Source: Malassezia furfur (Eukaryota). From it: a DNA stretch of 64,000 nucleotides. The stretch lies in the NCBI GenBank assembly GCA_052055015.1, contig JBQJIT010000004.1; one strand, given 5' to 3'. A program made the position numbers and the translations under genes. Below, piece after piece: positions 1-11,289 of the stretch (the first letter of the stretch is position 1; each line of letters begins with the position of its first letter). The notes below the pieces were generated by a model. That model was not told the origin of the DNA. It ran no database searches and worked only from the letters and a program-made list of their open reading frames with translations.

Positions 1-107
1 GGCGTGTGCCGCGCCTGCGGAGCCGCGCCTCGTAGCGGCCTCCTCTCTCTTTCTTGTATTGTAGCACGGGCAGGAATGCATGGCTCGTAAAAATGTATAC
101 ATGACAA

Positions 108-2457
108 CTACAGACGCATGGGCGACGTCGGCGCCGTGCCGCTCGGGCGCGGCATGCGTGCGCCCACGGGCATCGTCTCGGCGCGCTGCAGCGGGCGGCG
201 CGCAAACGCGTGCATCAACGAGGGCGGTGCGCGCGCACCTCCGATCTCGTCGGACGCCGTCGGCCGGCGGCTCGTCGCGGCCGCGCAAGGGGAGAAGGAG
301 GCGTCCGCCTCAAACGAGGAGTCGCCCGTGCTGCTGAAGCTCGTGTCGCGCTCCAGGGGCGTCGCGAGGCCGCTCGTGGTGCGTGGTGCGGGCGGCGCGG
401 GCGGCGCAATCGACTGCGGCGCGCCCTGCGCGTTGATGCGCGCCGACATCACCGAGAGCGCGGCGTAGTGCTCGTCGCCGTAGGCAAAGCTGCGGTTGCG
501 CACAAACTGCTTGCGGAAGCCCACGAGCTCCTCGGAGCGCCGCCGCAAGAAGCGCGGGTCGTCCATCGTGACGTACGCACACGGCGTGCACAGCTCGGGG
601 CACGTGCGGAAAAACTCGGCATACCCGCCCTGCAGCACGTACACGTCCGGGAAATGGCACCGCGGGTAGTCACTCGCCAGCGAGCGGTCGGCGGCGCGCA
701 GCGCCAGCGCCATGGACGGGCCGCGCTTCCAGCTGAATTCGCAGTGGAAGATGACAAGGAACTTGCGTGTGTCGCCCGCCTCGTCGGGCATGCCGCTCTG
801 CGTGCGCTCGGGCAGCGGCTGCGCGGCGTGTAGGCCCTGGCCAGGCGTCAAAAAGTAGGTCTGCACCTGCTCCACAGTGTTGAGGTTCCTCGCGCCCACA
901 ATGTGGCCACCTTCGTGCTCGTACGCAAAGCGGCAGTCTACAATCTGGAAACCCCGGATCTGGTCATTGTAGCGACCCTGCAGCACATCGCGCACCGTCT
1001 CGGGCTTGACGCGCATCAGCCCATCGCTCTTCACCGCAAAACACGGCAGTGTCTTGCGGTCCATCTCATACGACCCAAACCCGGGCACCCCAGGCGACAC
1101 GGGCGCGCTCGGCAATGGCGCGAGCAGATGGTTTTCCTTGTCTGCGGCATCCAGTGTCACATCCAGCGTCGTCTGGCACCTCCGCGCGCCCAGCCCGACT
1201 GGCCGGCTTTTGCGCAGAGACGCACGCACCGGCGAACCACAGTGCAACGACGGAGCCGAGCCACCAAGCATTAGCGCATCGTCCGACTCGTCGGCCGCAG
1301 CCGCGTCAGTTCCCCGCGCTGCCGCCGCGCGCGGAGAGAGCGTCGGCGAGGGCACGGTCGATACCAGCACACGGGGTGCGTCGCGTGTCCCTTGCACCTC
1401 GGCGTGCGAAAAGATGCCCGAAGCATCGGGCAGCGCCTCGGCCCGTCGCGCCAGGAACGGCGAAGAGCTCGGCGAGGAGCTCGTGGGGAACCCGGCCGGG
1501 TCCAAAATGCTTGGCGGCACCATGTCCGGCAGCACGCCCTGAGTCACCTGCGGCGACGCAGGGTGGAAAAAGTAATCGCCCATACCCCGCGGCGACGCAG
1601 CCGTACGCGAGCCCGACGCAAAACACGGGCGCTTCACCGTCTGCGGCCCGGAGAATGACCACGATTCGTCCGCCGACTCGTTCGACGTCGGCGGCGCGGG
1701 CAGCGGGGACGGCAACAGCTGCGCGGACGACGACGCGTGGGCATTGGTAGGGGGCCATGCCGTAGCCTGCATTGTCAGCATCGTTTTTCCCACATACACT
1801 TTGGGATCGTCCATGTGTGCGAACCAGGCGGTCGTGGCTCCAGGCGCGCGCCTCCTTGGCATCCTCGTCGCCCGGCTGTGTCACACGCTGATCCATCAGC
1901 GGATCACTCGCGCGCTGGAGCTGTCGTAAGGACGAGAGTCTTCGTTTCATGGGTGGCTCATGCGGCGGACTGAGGCAGTGCAGCTCCGTCTCAGAAGGAA
2001 GCTGCGGCAGGGAACGGCGAACGGTCGGGTCGGTGCGCCGCGAGAGCGCCGCACGCACTGGATGTACTGGTACGGCAGGCGCGGGCACAGGCACCGACAC
2101 CGCCTGGAAAGCGGCGGGCGACGAAATTTCCATCGCGTGCGGGGAGCTTTTGGGGTACGACGTTTCCATGCGGTTTCGCGTGCCCCAAAGCCCCGGCTGC
2201 GGGGCACGCATCCCTGCCGAGGGCGATACGGTGAACGGGTCCTCAGTGAGTACATCGCGCGTCGTGGTAGTGATGCGCGGGCGCGGCGGACCGCGTCCCG
2301 GGCTGTCGAGCGACGAGATGGACATGGACGAGCCGAACGAGTGGTCCAGCTCGTTTAACAGCGGCGCATCGCGCGCAACCGGCGACGAGAGCAGCTGCGC
2401 CTCGTCCATGCCCCACGCAGCCGGCACAATGTGCGGTGAGGAGAGTATGGCCGCCAT
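108..2457 (-). CDS. MIH1: M-phase inducer phosphatase (Cdc25/Mih1), 2 exons; intron 1767-1797 (31 nt)
   Basis: Rhodanese domain with IVDCRFAYEHEGGHI and catalytic HCEFSWKRGP (HCx5R). The GTATGT..GCTGAC..GCAG intron joins ORF 1306..2457 to ORF 108..1862 in frame (SQS|ATAWP). Confidence 0.9.
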
Positions 2458-2717
2458 GTAACCGTATAACTACTCAAGAGAGAAGGACACGGCAACAAAG
2501 ACGAGAGACTTGCCAAGGACAAAGGCTCGCGCGCGCGGTCACCGTGCGTCACAGCGCTTCAAACACACCCGCACCGCGTTCCAGTGACCCGACAAATTCT
2601 ACCGCGCGTGTTGCATTTGCTCTGTTGGTCTGCGGCCCCGGCCGGGATGCGGTTGGGCGCGCTCCAATTCATCAGAAACGCAGGCCCACCCTTCCTGCCT
2701 GCTACGTCACATTCGCG

Positions 2718-2756
2718 CACGTGAAGCCACGTGGTCAAGGCTTGGCCGAAAATTTT
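2718..2756. promoter_or_regulatory. Twin CACGTG boxes (2718-2723, 2728-2733) plus RRPE-like GAAAATTTT (2748-2756) in the divergent MIH1/POL5 promoter
   Basis: Motifs read directly. RRPE is the known ribosome-biogenesis element, and POL5 is a ribosome-biogenesis gene. Confidence 0.55.
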
Positions 2757-2791
2757 GTGCTCCACGCGCTTTTCCTGCAGCAGCACAGACA

Positions 2792-5700
2792 ATGGGGAGC
2801 ACCTTGGCGCTCTTCTGGAGTCTGGCTGACGTCGACAAGGATGCGCGCATCGGCGCTTCCGAAGCGCTTGTGCAAACCTTGCTCGAACAGCAAGTCGAAG
2901 ATGCGGCGGCAGGTGCGCCGGAGGACACCCACGTAGCGGCCCTGCCCGATGTGCCGGACGCCGATGTCACCGCCGCAGAGCAGCGCATCGACGAACAGAA
3001 CGCATCCGACGTGGCCTACGCGATCCGACGTCTCGTGCGCGGGCTTGCAAGTCCCCGCGAGAATGCACGTGTGGGGTTTGCCGTCGCTTTGAGTGAGCTC
3101 TTGGGCCGCCTCTCGTCGGTGAGCGCATACGATATCCTGGTGCTGCTTCTCAAGAACACTGTCGTGCATGGGAGCATGAGCGGGCAAGAGATGCGCGATG
3201 CGCAGTTTGCGCGCTTGTTTGGCATCTATGCGTTGGTGCGGTCGGGACTCCTGTACCACGCCGCTTCGTCATCGTTGATGACCTTCCAGCGTACCTTTGA
3301 GCTTCTGCTGACGATCGCTTCCTACAAGAGCTGGCTGAGCGAGTCGTGTGGGTATGTACTGCTCGAGTCGCTCGTACCGCTTGCACACGATCAAGTCCAT
3401 CGGCCCGCCTGGGCACACGAAGCACTCGAGTGGGTCGCCCAGCGCGTGGGCACCGCCAAACATCTCTCGCCGCCGCTGCTCGCGCTGCTGGCCACGCTCG
3501 CGCGCATCGATCCAAGCCTATCTTTGGAGGGACGCGTACCTGCCCCGCTAAAGAGTGCCAATCTGCTTGCGTCCAACAACCTGCCCGTCGTTGCGCGCGT
3601 CCTTCGCGAAGCGACGCCGCTGCACATGGGCGAGGACGCTGTGCCGCCTACCGGCGGTACATGGAACACCAAGCCGCCCTTCGTGTGGGACACGCTACTG
3701 GACACCTATTTTGCCAATGCCGTGCCGCCGAACTCGGCGCCATTCGCCGACTTTTGGCGCGTGGCCGTCGACGAGTCGCTCTTTGCGAACCAGGCATCGC
3801 CTGAACGCAAGTCGTGGGGCTTCCAGGTGCTGCACTATACGCTGCAGCGTGCGCCGGCAGACCTACTGCCCTTCCTGTTCACGCCGAATTTGATGCGCAC
3901 CTGGGTGAACCAGGTATCAGTCAAGGACCGACTACTCCACACCATGGCGCAGAAGACGGTGGAGCATGTGAGCGACGCCGTGAAGCGCAACCCGACCGCG
4001 GGCCTGGCACTCGTCACCCAGCTTCTCGGAGAGCACGGGCGCCAGAACTTTGACAAGGTGACACATACCAAGACGATCGAGTCAGTCCTGTCGTCCTTAG
4101 ACGAGTCGGGGATTCAACGCTACTTGGCCTACCTGCGCGGCGTTGCCTATGCGCCTGCCAAGAGCGACGACGCCAAATACACGGTCACGCAACGGCAATG
4201 GGCTGCCGATCAGATGCTGGCGCTCGTGCGCAGCAGCCTCATACCCAAATCGGACGCCTGGATCCGCGATGTACTTGTGTACCTGAGTGGCTTCGGCTTC
4301 TTTGTCGTGAAAAAGACGCCGAATGCGCCGTGGAGCGAGGTTCTCGAGGTACCCGCGGTGCCGTTCACCGAAGAAATACAAGCGCTCTACCGCCTCCGTC
4401 TGCAGGCATGTCTCACTGAGCTCAAGAATGCGACGGTGAACGGGCGGCCCTGGGTGCTCGAAGTGACCGACCTGTTGACGAAGATGAGCAAGGACAAGGC
4501 GCTGCATAGCACGGCGCTCCCAGTGGCGCAGGCCCGGGTCGATGCCGCTGCAGGTGTGCTGCGCTCGCTGCAGAAGCTGGCTGCGAAGGAATCAGATGAT
4601 GCGCAGCTAGCCAAGATCCGTGCATTGCAAACGCTCGTGGCGGCCGTGAAACTGGTCTCCTACGAAGATACCGACGAGTCGCCCGACCTGGTCGACTCGC
4701 TCGTGGACGTGGCCAAGCTTTTGTTCTTGGACAAAAAACGCGCCCAGGACGAGTCGGTGGGTGCCATGGAGCTGCTCGTGGATGCATTGATCGGGCTTCT
4801 GGAGCTCTCTTCGTCGTTCCTTCGTGCGATCGCGACGCAAGTGTTTGCCGTGTTTAGCGACGAGATGACGGCCCAAAGCTTGGACCACCTCATTGACCAG
4901 TTTGGCCTGAACGTTGGTGGCCACGAGAACGAGGAAGAAGGGGACGACGACGAGAACGACGATGAAGAAATGGAGGAGGAGGAGGAGGAGGAAGAAGAAG
5001 AAGACGACGACGAAGAGGATGTCGACGACGACGACGAAAACCAAGACATTGATCTCGAAGTGGACCCTGTGCTCCGCTCCAAGATTGAGGAGGCGTTCCG
5101 GGATAGTGGTATGGCTGAGGACGACGAAGAGGCAGACGATGATGAGGATGAGGACCTCTTTGACGACGATCAAATGGCGCAGCTCGACGACAAATTGGCC
5201 GAGATCTTTGTGCAGCATTCGGGATCGAAGCGGAAGGAACGCGAAGCGCTCCAGCGTGATACAGCGCTCTTCCACAACAAGGTCCTCGACCTGCTTGAGA
5301 TATATGCCAAGGAGCAGAGCAGCAACATTTTGCTCGTGCGCCTCGCCGCACCGCTGTTTGCGCTTGCTAAGGGTGCGGGCGACGTGAGCCAGCAAGTCGC
5401 GACACGTGCTGGTCAGCTGTTGCGTGGCCGCATCTGTCGGTCGAAAGAGCAGCCGCATGGTGATCTGGACGTCGCACTCGTCGAGGAAGAGCTGCGGGCT
5501 ATGCACACGTACGTCCGCGCTAGTCAGGACGTGGCGTTGTCCGAGCTGGCCGGTCTGGTGAGCCAATTTTATACCAAGGTGCTCCTGCGCAACAGCCGCG
5601 ACGGCCTCAAGATCGCGCGCATGCTCTATGAAGAGACGTTGAATGACTTTTTGCAGCGCAAGGCGTCGCCCGTACGCCCCGCATTCCTGTTGGACGCCCT

Positions 5701-6262
5701 TCGCCGCTTCAAGGAGCTCGGCTGGGCGTTGCGTAGCCCGCTGCTGGAGGGTAGTCGCCACGGTGCGCGTGCGTTCCGCCAGGTGCAAGCACTTTCTATG
5801 CTCCAGGCCGTACTCCAGCAGCAACAGCAAAAGGATACACGCCAAGCATCGACCGACGACGTGCTTGCGTTCATGGCGCAGGTGCGCGAGGCGGTACTGG
5901 ATGTGGTTCGTGCGGCGACGACCAGCGATGCCCTCAATTCCCAGCGCCTGAAAGAGGTGCTCCGTTTCACACTCCAGGCGATACGCATCACGGCGCGCAT
6001 CGCTGCTGAGTCCGATGACGCCGGTGCGACGATGGCCGCGTGCTGGCCGCTTTCCGTGCTGCAGCAAACGGCCGAGACGCTGCAGACCTCGGATCGCTTC
6101 CAGAGCTCTACGTCGCTACATGGCCTGATGAAGGAAATGATCTCGGTTGTTTCGCGTACGGCTACGGCGCCTGCGCAGACCAAGAAGCGCGCAGCGCCCA
6201 GCAGTGTGGGCCCCAAGGCGTCTAAGAAGGCCACCAAGAAGGCGAAAGCCGTAGTGGAGTAG
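2792..6262 (+). CDS. POL5: Pol5 / MYBBP1A-like nucleolar rRNA biogenesis protein (DNA polymerase phi family)
   Basis: YAIRRLVRGLASPRENARVGFAVAL motif, acidic tract followed by DDDQMAQLDDKLAEIF, basic C-terminal tail; intronless 1156 aa. Confidence 0.9.
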   Translation: MGSTLALFWSLADVDKDARIGASEALVQTLLEQQVEDAAAGAPEDTHVAALPDVPDADVTAAEQRIDEQNASDVAYAIRRLVRGLASPRENARVGFAVALSELLGRLSSVSAYDILVLLLKNTVVHGSMSGQEMRDAQFARLFGIYALVRSGLLYHAASSSLMTFQRTFELLLTIASYKSWLSESCGYVLLESLVPLAHDQVHRPAWAHEALEWVAQRVGTAKHLSPPLLALLATLARIDPSLSLEGRVPAPLKSANLLASNNLPVVARVLREATPLHMGEDAVPPTGGTWNTKPPFVWDTLLDTYFANAVPPNSAPFADFWRVAVDESLFANQASPERKSWGFQVLHYTLQRAPADLLPFLFTPNLMRTWVNQVSVKDRLLHTMAQKTVEHVSDAVKRNPTAGLALVTQLLGEHGRQNFDKVTHTKTIESVLSSLDESGIQRYLAYLRGVAYAPAKSDDAKYTVTQRQWAADQMLALVRSSLIPKSDAWIRDVLVYLSGFGFFVVKKTPNAPWSEVLEVPAVPFTEEIQALYRLRLQACLTELKNATVNGRPWVLEVTDLLTKMSKDKALHSTALPVAQARVDAAAGVLRSLQKLAAKESDDAQLAKIRALQTLVAAVKLVSYEDTDESPDLVDSLVDVAKLLFLDKKRAQDESVGAMELLVDALIGLLELSSSFLRAIATQVFAVFSDEMTAQSLDHLIDQFGLNVGGHENEEEGDDDENDDEEMEEEEEEEEEEDDDEEDVDDDDENQDIDLEVDPVLRSKIEEAFRDSGMAEDDEEADDDEDEDLFDDDQMAQLDDKLAEIFVQHSGSKRKEREALQRDTALFHNKVLDLLEIYAKEQSSNILLVRLAAPLFALAKGAGDVSQQVATRAGQLLRGRICRSKEQPHGDLDVALVEEELRAMHTYVRASQDVALSELAGLVSQFYTKVLLRNSRDGLKIARMLYEETLNDFLQRKASPVRPAFLLDALRRFKELGWALRSPLLEGSRHGARAFRQVQALSMLQAVLQQQQQKDTRQASTDDVLAFMAQVREAVLDVVRAATTSDALNSQRLKEVLRFTLQAIRITARIAAESDDAGATMAACWPLSVLQQTAETLQTSDRFQSSTSLHGLMKEMISVVSRTATAPAQTKKRAAPSSVGPKASKKATKKAKAVVE
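4927..5170 (+). repeat. GAG/GAA/GAC-rich low-complexity tract encoding poly-Glu/Asp in Pol5
   Basis: Tandem gag/gaa/gac triplets are visible in the sequence. Confidence 0.8.
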
Positions 6263-6304
6263 TCACGTGAACCGAAGCCCTGCGTTTCCCTTGCCACGAC
6301 GAAG

Positions 6305-6609
6305 ATGAGCGCGAACCTGACGGAAGCCGACCAGAAGGAGCTGAACACGTTCTTGGACGCTGAGCAGTCGAAGGCCCGTATTCAGACGACCGTGCATGCG
6401 TTCACGGAGCGGTGCTGGGACCAGTGCGTCACCTCTTCGATCGGCACTCGTTTCGGCCGCGGCGAGGAGGCGTGCCTGGCCAACTGTGTCGAGCGGTACG
6501 TACCTGCACACTGACCGCAGTTTTCTGGACACGTCGCTATTCATTGTGCGTTGGGAGTGTGCTAATGCAGGTGAAAAAGCTCGAGAGCCAGCGCGGCTTG
6601 GCTGCCTGA
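6305..6609 (+). CDS. TIM8: Mitochondrial small Tim chaperone Tim8; introns 6496-6520 and 6546-6570 (25 nt each)
   Basis: Twin Cx3C (CWDQC, CLANC). Splicing restores CVERFLDTSLFIVKKLE. Confidence 0.92.
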
Positions 6610-7124
6610 AAGAGTCTGTGGTATACCCATATCAAGAGGCATCGCTTCGGGAGGGCATCTTGTGCATAGAGGAGGCTGCCCCGCGTACGAGTGCACACAC
6701 CTGCAACACCAGGTGGCATGCGCTGGACATGGCGGCCGTGGCGGACCGTGTCTGGCTCAAGCGGTGTGCCTGTGCGGATGGGACGCGTTGGTCATGTCGC
6801 CTGCATCCCCAAGAGCGGATGTGTGCTCCTTATAGACATCGGATGCAATTCTTAGAATTGGACATGCCACCGACATGCGTGCCGGTGTGCCCTGCGCGCC
6901 GCGTGCGTGGGGGTTCTCCGGCCGACGGCACCGGGTGGGAGTGGGGCAAAATTGTAATTATGGGGAAAGCGTGACCGGATGGTCAGACCCAGCGCTGGGC
7001 TGTAATCAGGCACCGTCATCAACAAACGAACTGGACTGGATCCTGCGCCCCCTTTGTGAGCCGAGGCCACTGTTAGGATCGGAGTATTTGATATATCCTC
7101 GTCGCATTCGCGTTTTGTGCCACT

Positions 7125-8550
7125 ATGGCCTCGTCTCACTCTAGTGGCTCTAATGTTGTCGGCGGGCACTACCGCGTGGGCAAGAAAATCGGGGAGGGCT
7201 CGTTTGGTGTGATCTTCGAAGGCACCGACCTTTTGACGCACCAGCGCATTGCGATCAAATTTGAACCCCGTAAAAGTGATGCTCCTCAGCTGCGTGATGA
7301 GTACCGGACGTACAAGATTCTCAGCGGGAGCGTGGGTGTACCCCAGGTGTACTACTTCGGGCAGGAAGGCCTGCACAACATCCTAGTCATTGACCTGCTG
7401 GGCCCCTCGCTCGAGGACCTGTTTGACCTGTGTGGGCGTCGTTTCAGCATCAAGACGGTCGTGATGGCCGCCAAGCAGATGGTACGTCGTTAGCGCACTT
7501 ACCCAGATTACCCGTGTGCAGGCCATCCACGAGCGCAACCTCATCTACCGTGACATCAAGCCCGACAACTTTTTGATCGGGCGAAGCAGTAACAAGTCGG
7601 CCAAGACGGTGTACGTGGTCGACTTTGGTATGGCGAAGCAGTACCGCGACCCCAAGACGAAGCAACACATTCCGTACCGCGAGCGCAAGAGCCTGAGCGG
7701 CACGGCTCGCTACATGAGCATTAACACCCACCTGGGTCGTGAGCAATCGCGCCGCGACGATCTCGAGGCACTCGGACATGTGTTCCTCTACTTTTTGCGC
7801 GGCTCGCTGCCGTGGCAAGGTCTCAAGGCGGCGACGAACAAGCAAAAGTATGAGAAAATTGGCGAAAAGAAACAGAGCACGCCGATCAAGGAGCTCTGCG
7901 ACGGGTATCCCGAGGAGTTTGGCATCTACCTGAACTATGTGCGCAAGCTCGGCTTTGAGGAGACGCCGGACTACGACTTCCTCCGCGAACTCTTCACCAA
8001 GGTGCTCAAGAACCGTGGCGAGGTCGAGGACGGTGTCTACGATTGGATGCTGCTCAACAATGGCCGCGGTTGGCAGAACGATGCGTCGCGCGAGCCCGTG
8101 CAAGACAAGCCATCTGGCGCGCAGACGGGCACGAACGCTGCGGTCGCCTCGGGCCAGGCCGGCACAGGTGCCGCTGCTGCGCAGGGCGGCGCAAACCGAC
8201 TCAAGGCACCCGATGCGGCTGCCGGCGTGAGCACCACCGAGATTCGTACCGAACAGGGTGTTCCGGGTCTCTCGGAGCAAAACGGCAAGTCGCGTGGTGC
8301 TATGAGCGCCGACGCACAGCGAAACACGATGCGCTCGCCAGCGACGGGCGCGGTGAATGGCGCATCTAACCGGTACGACGACACACAATCCCCTCGTGCG
8401 TCGCAGCCGAAACGCGATGCCAAGCGCACCGATGCACCCGCGGCGTCGCAGGGAGCGAATGCGTACTATCAGCGCCCGCTGTATAATGCGCCGGAACGTC
8501 GCTCCTTTGGTCAACGGTTCGTTGACTTCTTGCTCTGTCGCTGCGAGTAG
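7125..8550 (+). CDS. Casein kinase I, Yck1/2 / Cki1 type; intron 7482-7506 (25 nt)
   Basis: [25 protein letters not shown] and LPWQGL CK1 motifs; C-terminal LLCRCE cysteines. Confidence 0.95.
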
Positions 8551-8672
8551 CGTAGGCCCTGCTCTCCTGTACAACTGCGAAAACCTCCCAAATGTGCAAG
8601 CACCCACTACGATCTTTATTTAGTATCAGCGAATAGTCGATGGCGTGATCCAATTTTTCTCTCCGATCTTCG

Positions 8673-10256
8673 ATGTCGGCCCGCGACACAGGTGCTACCG
8701 TGCCAACTGCCGCGCGTAAGCGCCCGACCCGCATCGCGGTCATTGGCGCAGGCAGTGCGGGACTCGCCATGGCACAGCAGGCGCTCGACGTCGGGCGCGA
8801 CCAGGTGGAGCTGGTCGTGTTTGAGCGCGAGGACCACGTTGGGGGCTTGTGGCATTACTGCGCGACGCCAGGGCCATGCGAGGTGCGCGGTGCATCCGAC
8901 GGCTCCCCTGGTCTCGCGCACTTTGCTGACTGGCCTGACTACCCGGCGAGGCCGCCCAGCGCGATGTACGACGGACTACGCACCAACATTGCGTCGGACA
9001 TCATGGCGTACCGCGACGAGCCTTTTGTGCAAGGCCTATCGTTGTTCCCAGCGCGCGCTGACGTCGAGGCCTATCTAGACGCATTCGCAGACCATTACGA
9101 CTTGCGCAAATACATACGCTTCCGCACGCACGTCGTCCACGTCGAACGTGCGCAGGACATGTGGAGTGTGACAGTGCGCAACGCTCACGGCGAGCGCACC
9201 GAGGCGTTTGACGCGCTCGTCTGTGCTCAGGGCCGATGCTCTGTGCCCTATATCCCCAGCATTCCACATATCGACCGTTTTCGAGGAAAGCAGCTACACA
9301 GCGCTTGGTACCGCACCCCGACCGACTTCCGGGAACAGCGCGTTTTGGTGGTGGGAAGCAACTCATCGGGATGTGACATCACGCGCGAGCTCACGGGGGG
9401 GACAGTGCGCGACTTTCCCGGCGTGGAAGCGTGGCAGCGCGATACACTGCAAGATCCGCCGCGGACACAAGTCGAAGTATTCCAGTCGTATCACAATCCG
9501 AACGAACCTCCGCCGATGGACTACGACCCGCGCGACCCCCAGGCGCCCGCATGGTGCAAGCGCATTCATGTCGTGGGGCCCATCACGCACGTCGAACCAG
9601 ACGGCACCCTAGTCCTGCAGGACGGAACCCGCTTGGACAACATCGACACCATCGTGTGGGCCACGGGATTCTTGTACCAAGTGCCTTTTACGACACGCGG
9701 CGAGCCATTTGTGTCCCGGCCATTGCTTCCGCCCGTGGGAACGCCGAGTGTGCGCGTAGCGCCGGAGGCGAATGCCGCCTCGGTGCTGGAAAATATGGAC
9801 GACTGGCTGCTCTTTTACGAGGGAGCGCCGAATCTCGTCTTTTTGGGTCTGCCGAACCGCATTGTCCCCTTTCCGTTGGCGCAACTCCAGAGTCGCGTCG
9901 CAGCCAATGTATTCCTCGGAAAAATGCCGCCCTTGCCGCGCGTACGCAGCAGTTTGCCCATGAGCGATCCGCAGCGCTGGGTGCCCCAGCTGTCTGACGA
10001 CCGCCAGGCACGGCCGTTATGGCGGGACTGGACGTTTGGCGCGTCGTCGGAAATTGCTTACCACGACGCACTGCTGGCTTTGCTTCCGGGCGCGCAAAGC
10101 AAAGAGCGGCCGCCGGGCGAGCAGCAATATTTGGAACACAATGACGGACGCGGCGACGGCGTGCACCCGCACGAAGGCTGGTACCAATTTGCACAGTGGC
10201 GCCGTGACCGGCGCATTCACGGCAAAGAGCTGCGCCGCGAGACGCTAGGGTATTAA
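8673..10256 (+). CDS. Flavin-containing monooxygenase
   Basis: GAGSAG FAD motif, FRGKQLHSAWY FMO signature, second Rossmann motif VVGSNSSG, WATGF. Confidence 0.9.
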   Translation: MSARDTGATVPTAARKRPTRIAVIGAGSAGLAMAQQALDVGRDQVELVVFEREDHVGGLWHYCATPGPCEVRGASDGSPGLAHFADWPDYPARPPSAMYDGLRTNIASDIMAYRDEPFVQGLSLFPARADVEAYLDAFADHYDLRKYIRFRTHVVHVERAQDMWSVTVRNAHGERTEAFDALVCAQGRCSVPYIPSIPHIDRFRGKQLHSAWYRTPTDFREQRVLVVGSNSSGCDITRELTGGTVRDFPGVEAWQRDTLQDPPRTQVEVFQSYHNPNEPPPMDYDPRDPQAPAWCKRIHVVGPITHVEPDGTLVLQDGTRLDNIDTIVWATGFLYQVPFTTRGEPFVSRPLLPPVGTPSVRVAPEANAASVLENMDDWLLFYEGAPNLVFLGLPNRIVPFPLAQLQSRVAANVFLGKMPPLPRVRSSLPMSDPQRWVPQLSDDRQARPLWRDWTFGASSEIAYHDALLALLPGAQSKERPPGEQQYLEHNDGRGDGVHPHEGWYQFAQWRRDRRIHGKELRRETLGY

Positions 10257-11251
10257 GACGGCTGGGCCTCCCATAGATGTACAGAACCGCACGACGACGC
10301 GGATGCAAATTGGGCTGCACTTGTCTCCGGACTGCGCTCTGTCCAGAGCACAGTGACCGGCGTACGTGGTGCTCGGCGGAAGCGCACACTCTGAGAGTAG
10401 TCTGGTTGTTCCTGCCACTGTGACCGACCCGAGACAGTGTCCCACGCGTGGACGGTCCCGTTTTCGTCGCCGGATAGCACCAGTGACTCGTCCAGAGACA
10501 TAGTCGAGTGGCATCGGAACGAAGACTGCTTGTGGCCCTGGAAAGACTGCAGCAGCGATCCGTCCACCATGTCCAGCAGGCGATGCGTCGAATCAAGCGT
10601 CGAGACCAACAAGGCGCCGCCGTCTTTGGTTGGCGTGAGCGACGTGATCGGCTCATCGATCACGTCTGACCTGATTTCGCCTTTGCGAATATCGTAGGTG
10701 CGCACAACGCCGTCGACAGACGCGGTATGGAGCGTGGTAGGCGTTGACATCGCCAGTGTAAGAATAGCATCAGTCGCATCGTCGACCTCCATAATCGGGC
10801 GCCACGCGCTTGCCGTGCGCAGATCATATGCACGGCATACTGTATCGCTTCCTGCGACAAACAGCACACTCCCTTCGTCGTGTGCGCCTGCGAAGCGGAC
10901 ATCATTGACTCGGCCGGTATGCGCGTTGAAACGGCGTAGGACTTGCCCACTAGCCACGTCCCACACCAGCGCTGCACGGTCGGGGCCCCCACTCGCAAAC
11001 CGCGTATTGTCGGGCGCAATGTCGATGCATAGCACCTCGTACGAATGCGCGCTGTACCGCTGGATGGGCGTCGAGCGTCCCTTTGCGTCGACTTCGTCGC
11101 CGACGTCTGCGTGCACGGCCCACAGGTGAATTTGTTGGTCGGCGCCACCAGTCATGACATAGCGCCCTGTTGAATTATAGCGAGCAACATGCACCGCACC
11201 AGCATGGGCCTGAATGGTGCGCTTGACAGCATACCGCCGACCTGGGGGCAT
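10253..11251 (-). CDS. WD40 protein, WDR83/MORG1-like
   Basis: Multiple WD repeats (HSYEV, SGGPDRAALVWDV, STLDSTHRLLD..GH). First ATG is at 11251; the ORF track starts at an upstream GTG. Confidence 0.8.
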   Translation of the reverse strand: MPPGRRYAVKRTIQAHAGAVHVARYNSTGRYVMTGGADQQIHLWAVHADVGDEVDAKGRSTPIQRYSAHSYEVLCIDIAPDNTRFASGGPDRAALVWDVASGQVLRRFNAHTGRVNDVRFAGAHDEGSVLFVAGSDTVCRAYDLRTASAWRPIMEVDDATDAILTLAMSTPTTLHTASVDGVVRTYDIRKGEIRSDVIDEPITSLTPTKDGGALLVSTLDSTHRLLDMVDGSLLQSFQGHKQSSFRCHSTMSLDESLVLSGDENGTVHAWDTVSGRSQWQEQPDYSQSVRFRRAPRTPVTVLWTERSPETSAAQFASASSCGSVHLWEAQPS

Positions 11252-11289
11252 GACGTGCAGACGCAACGTTCCTGCCTCCACATTCCATC

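Noticed and set aside
1306..1862. Apparent frameshifts or pseudogenes (MIH1, GLTP, FAH, M50B-like, APA2)
   Set aside because: All are resolved by canonical micro-introns.
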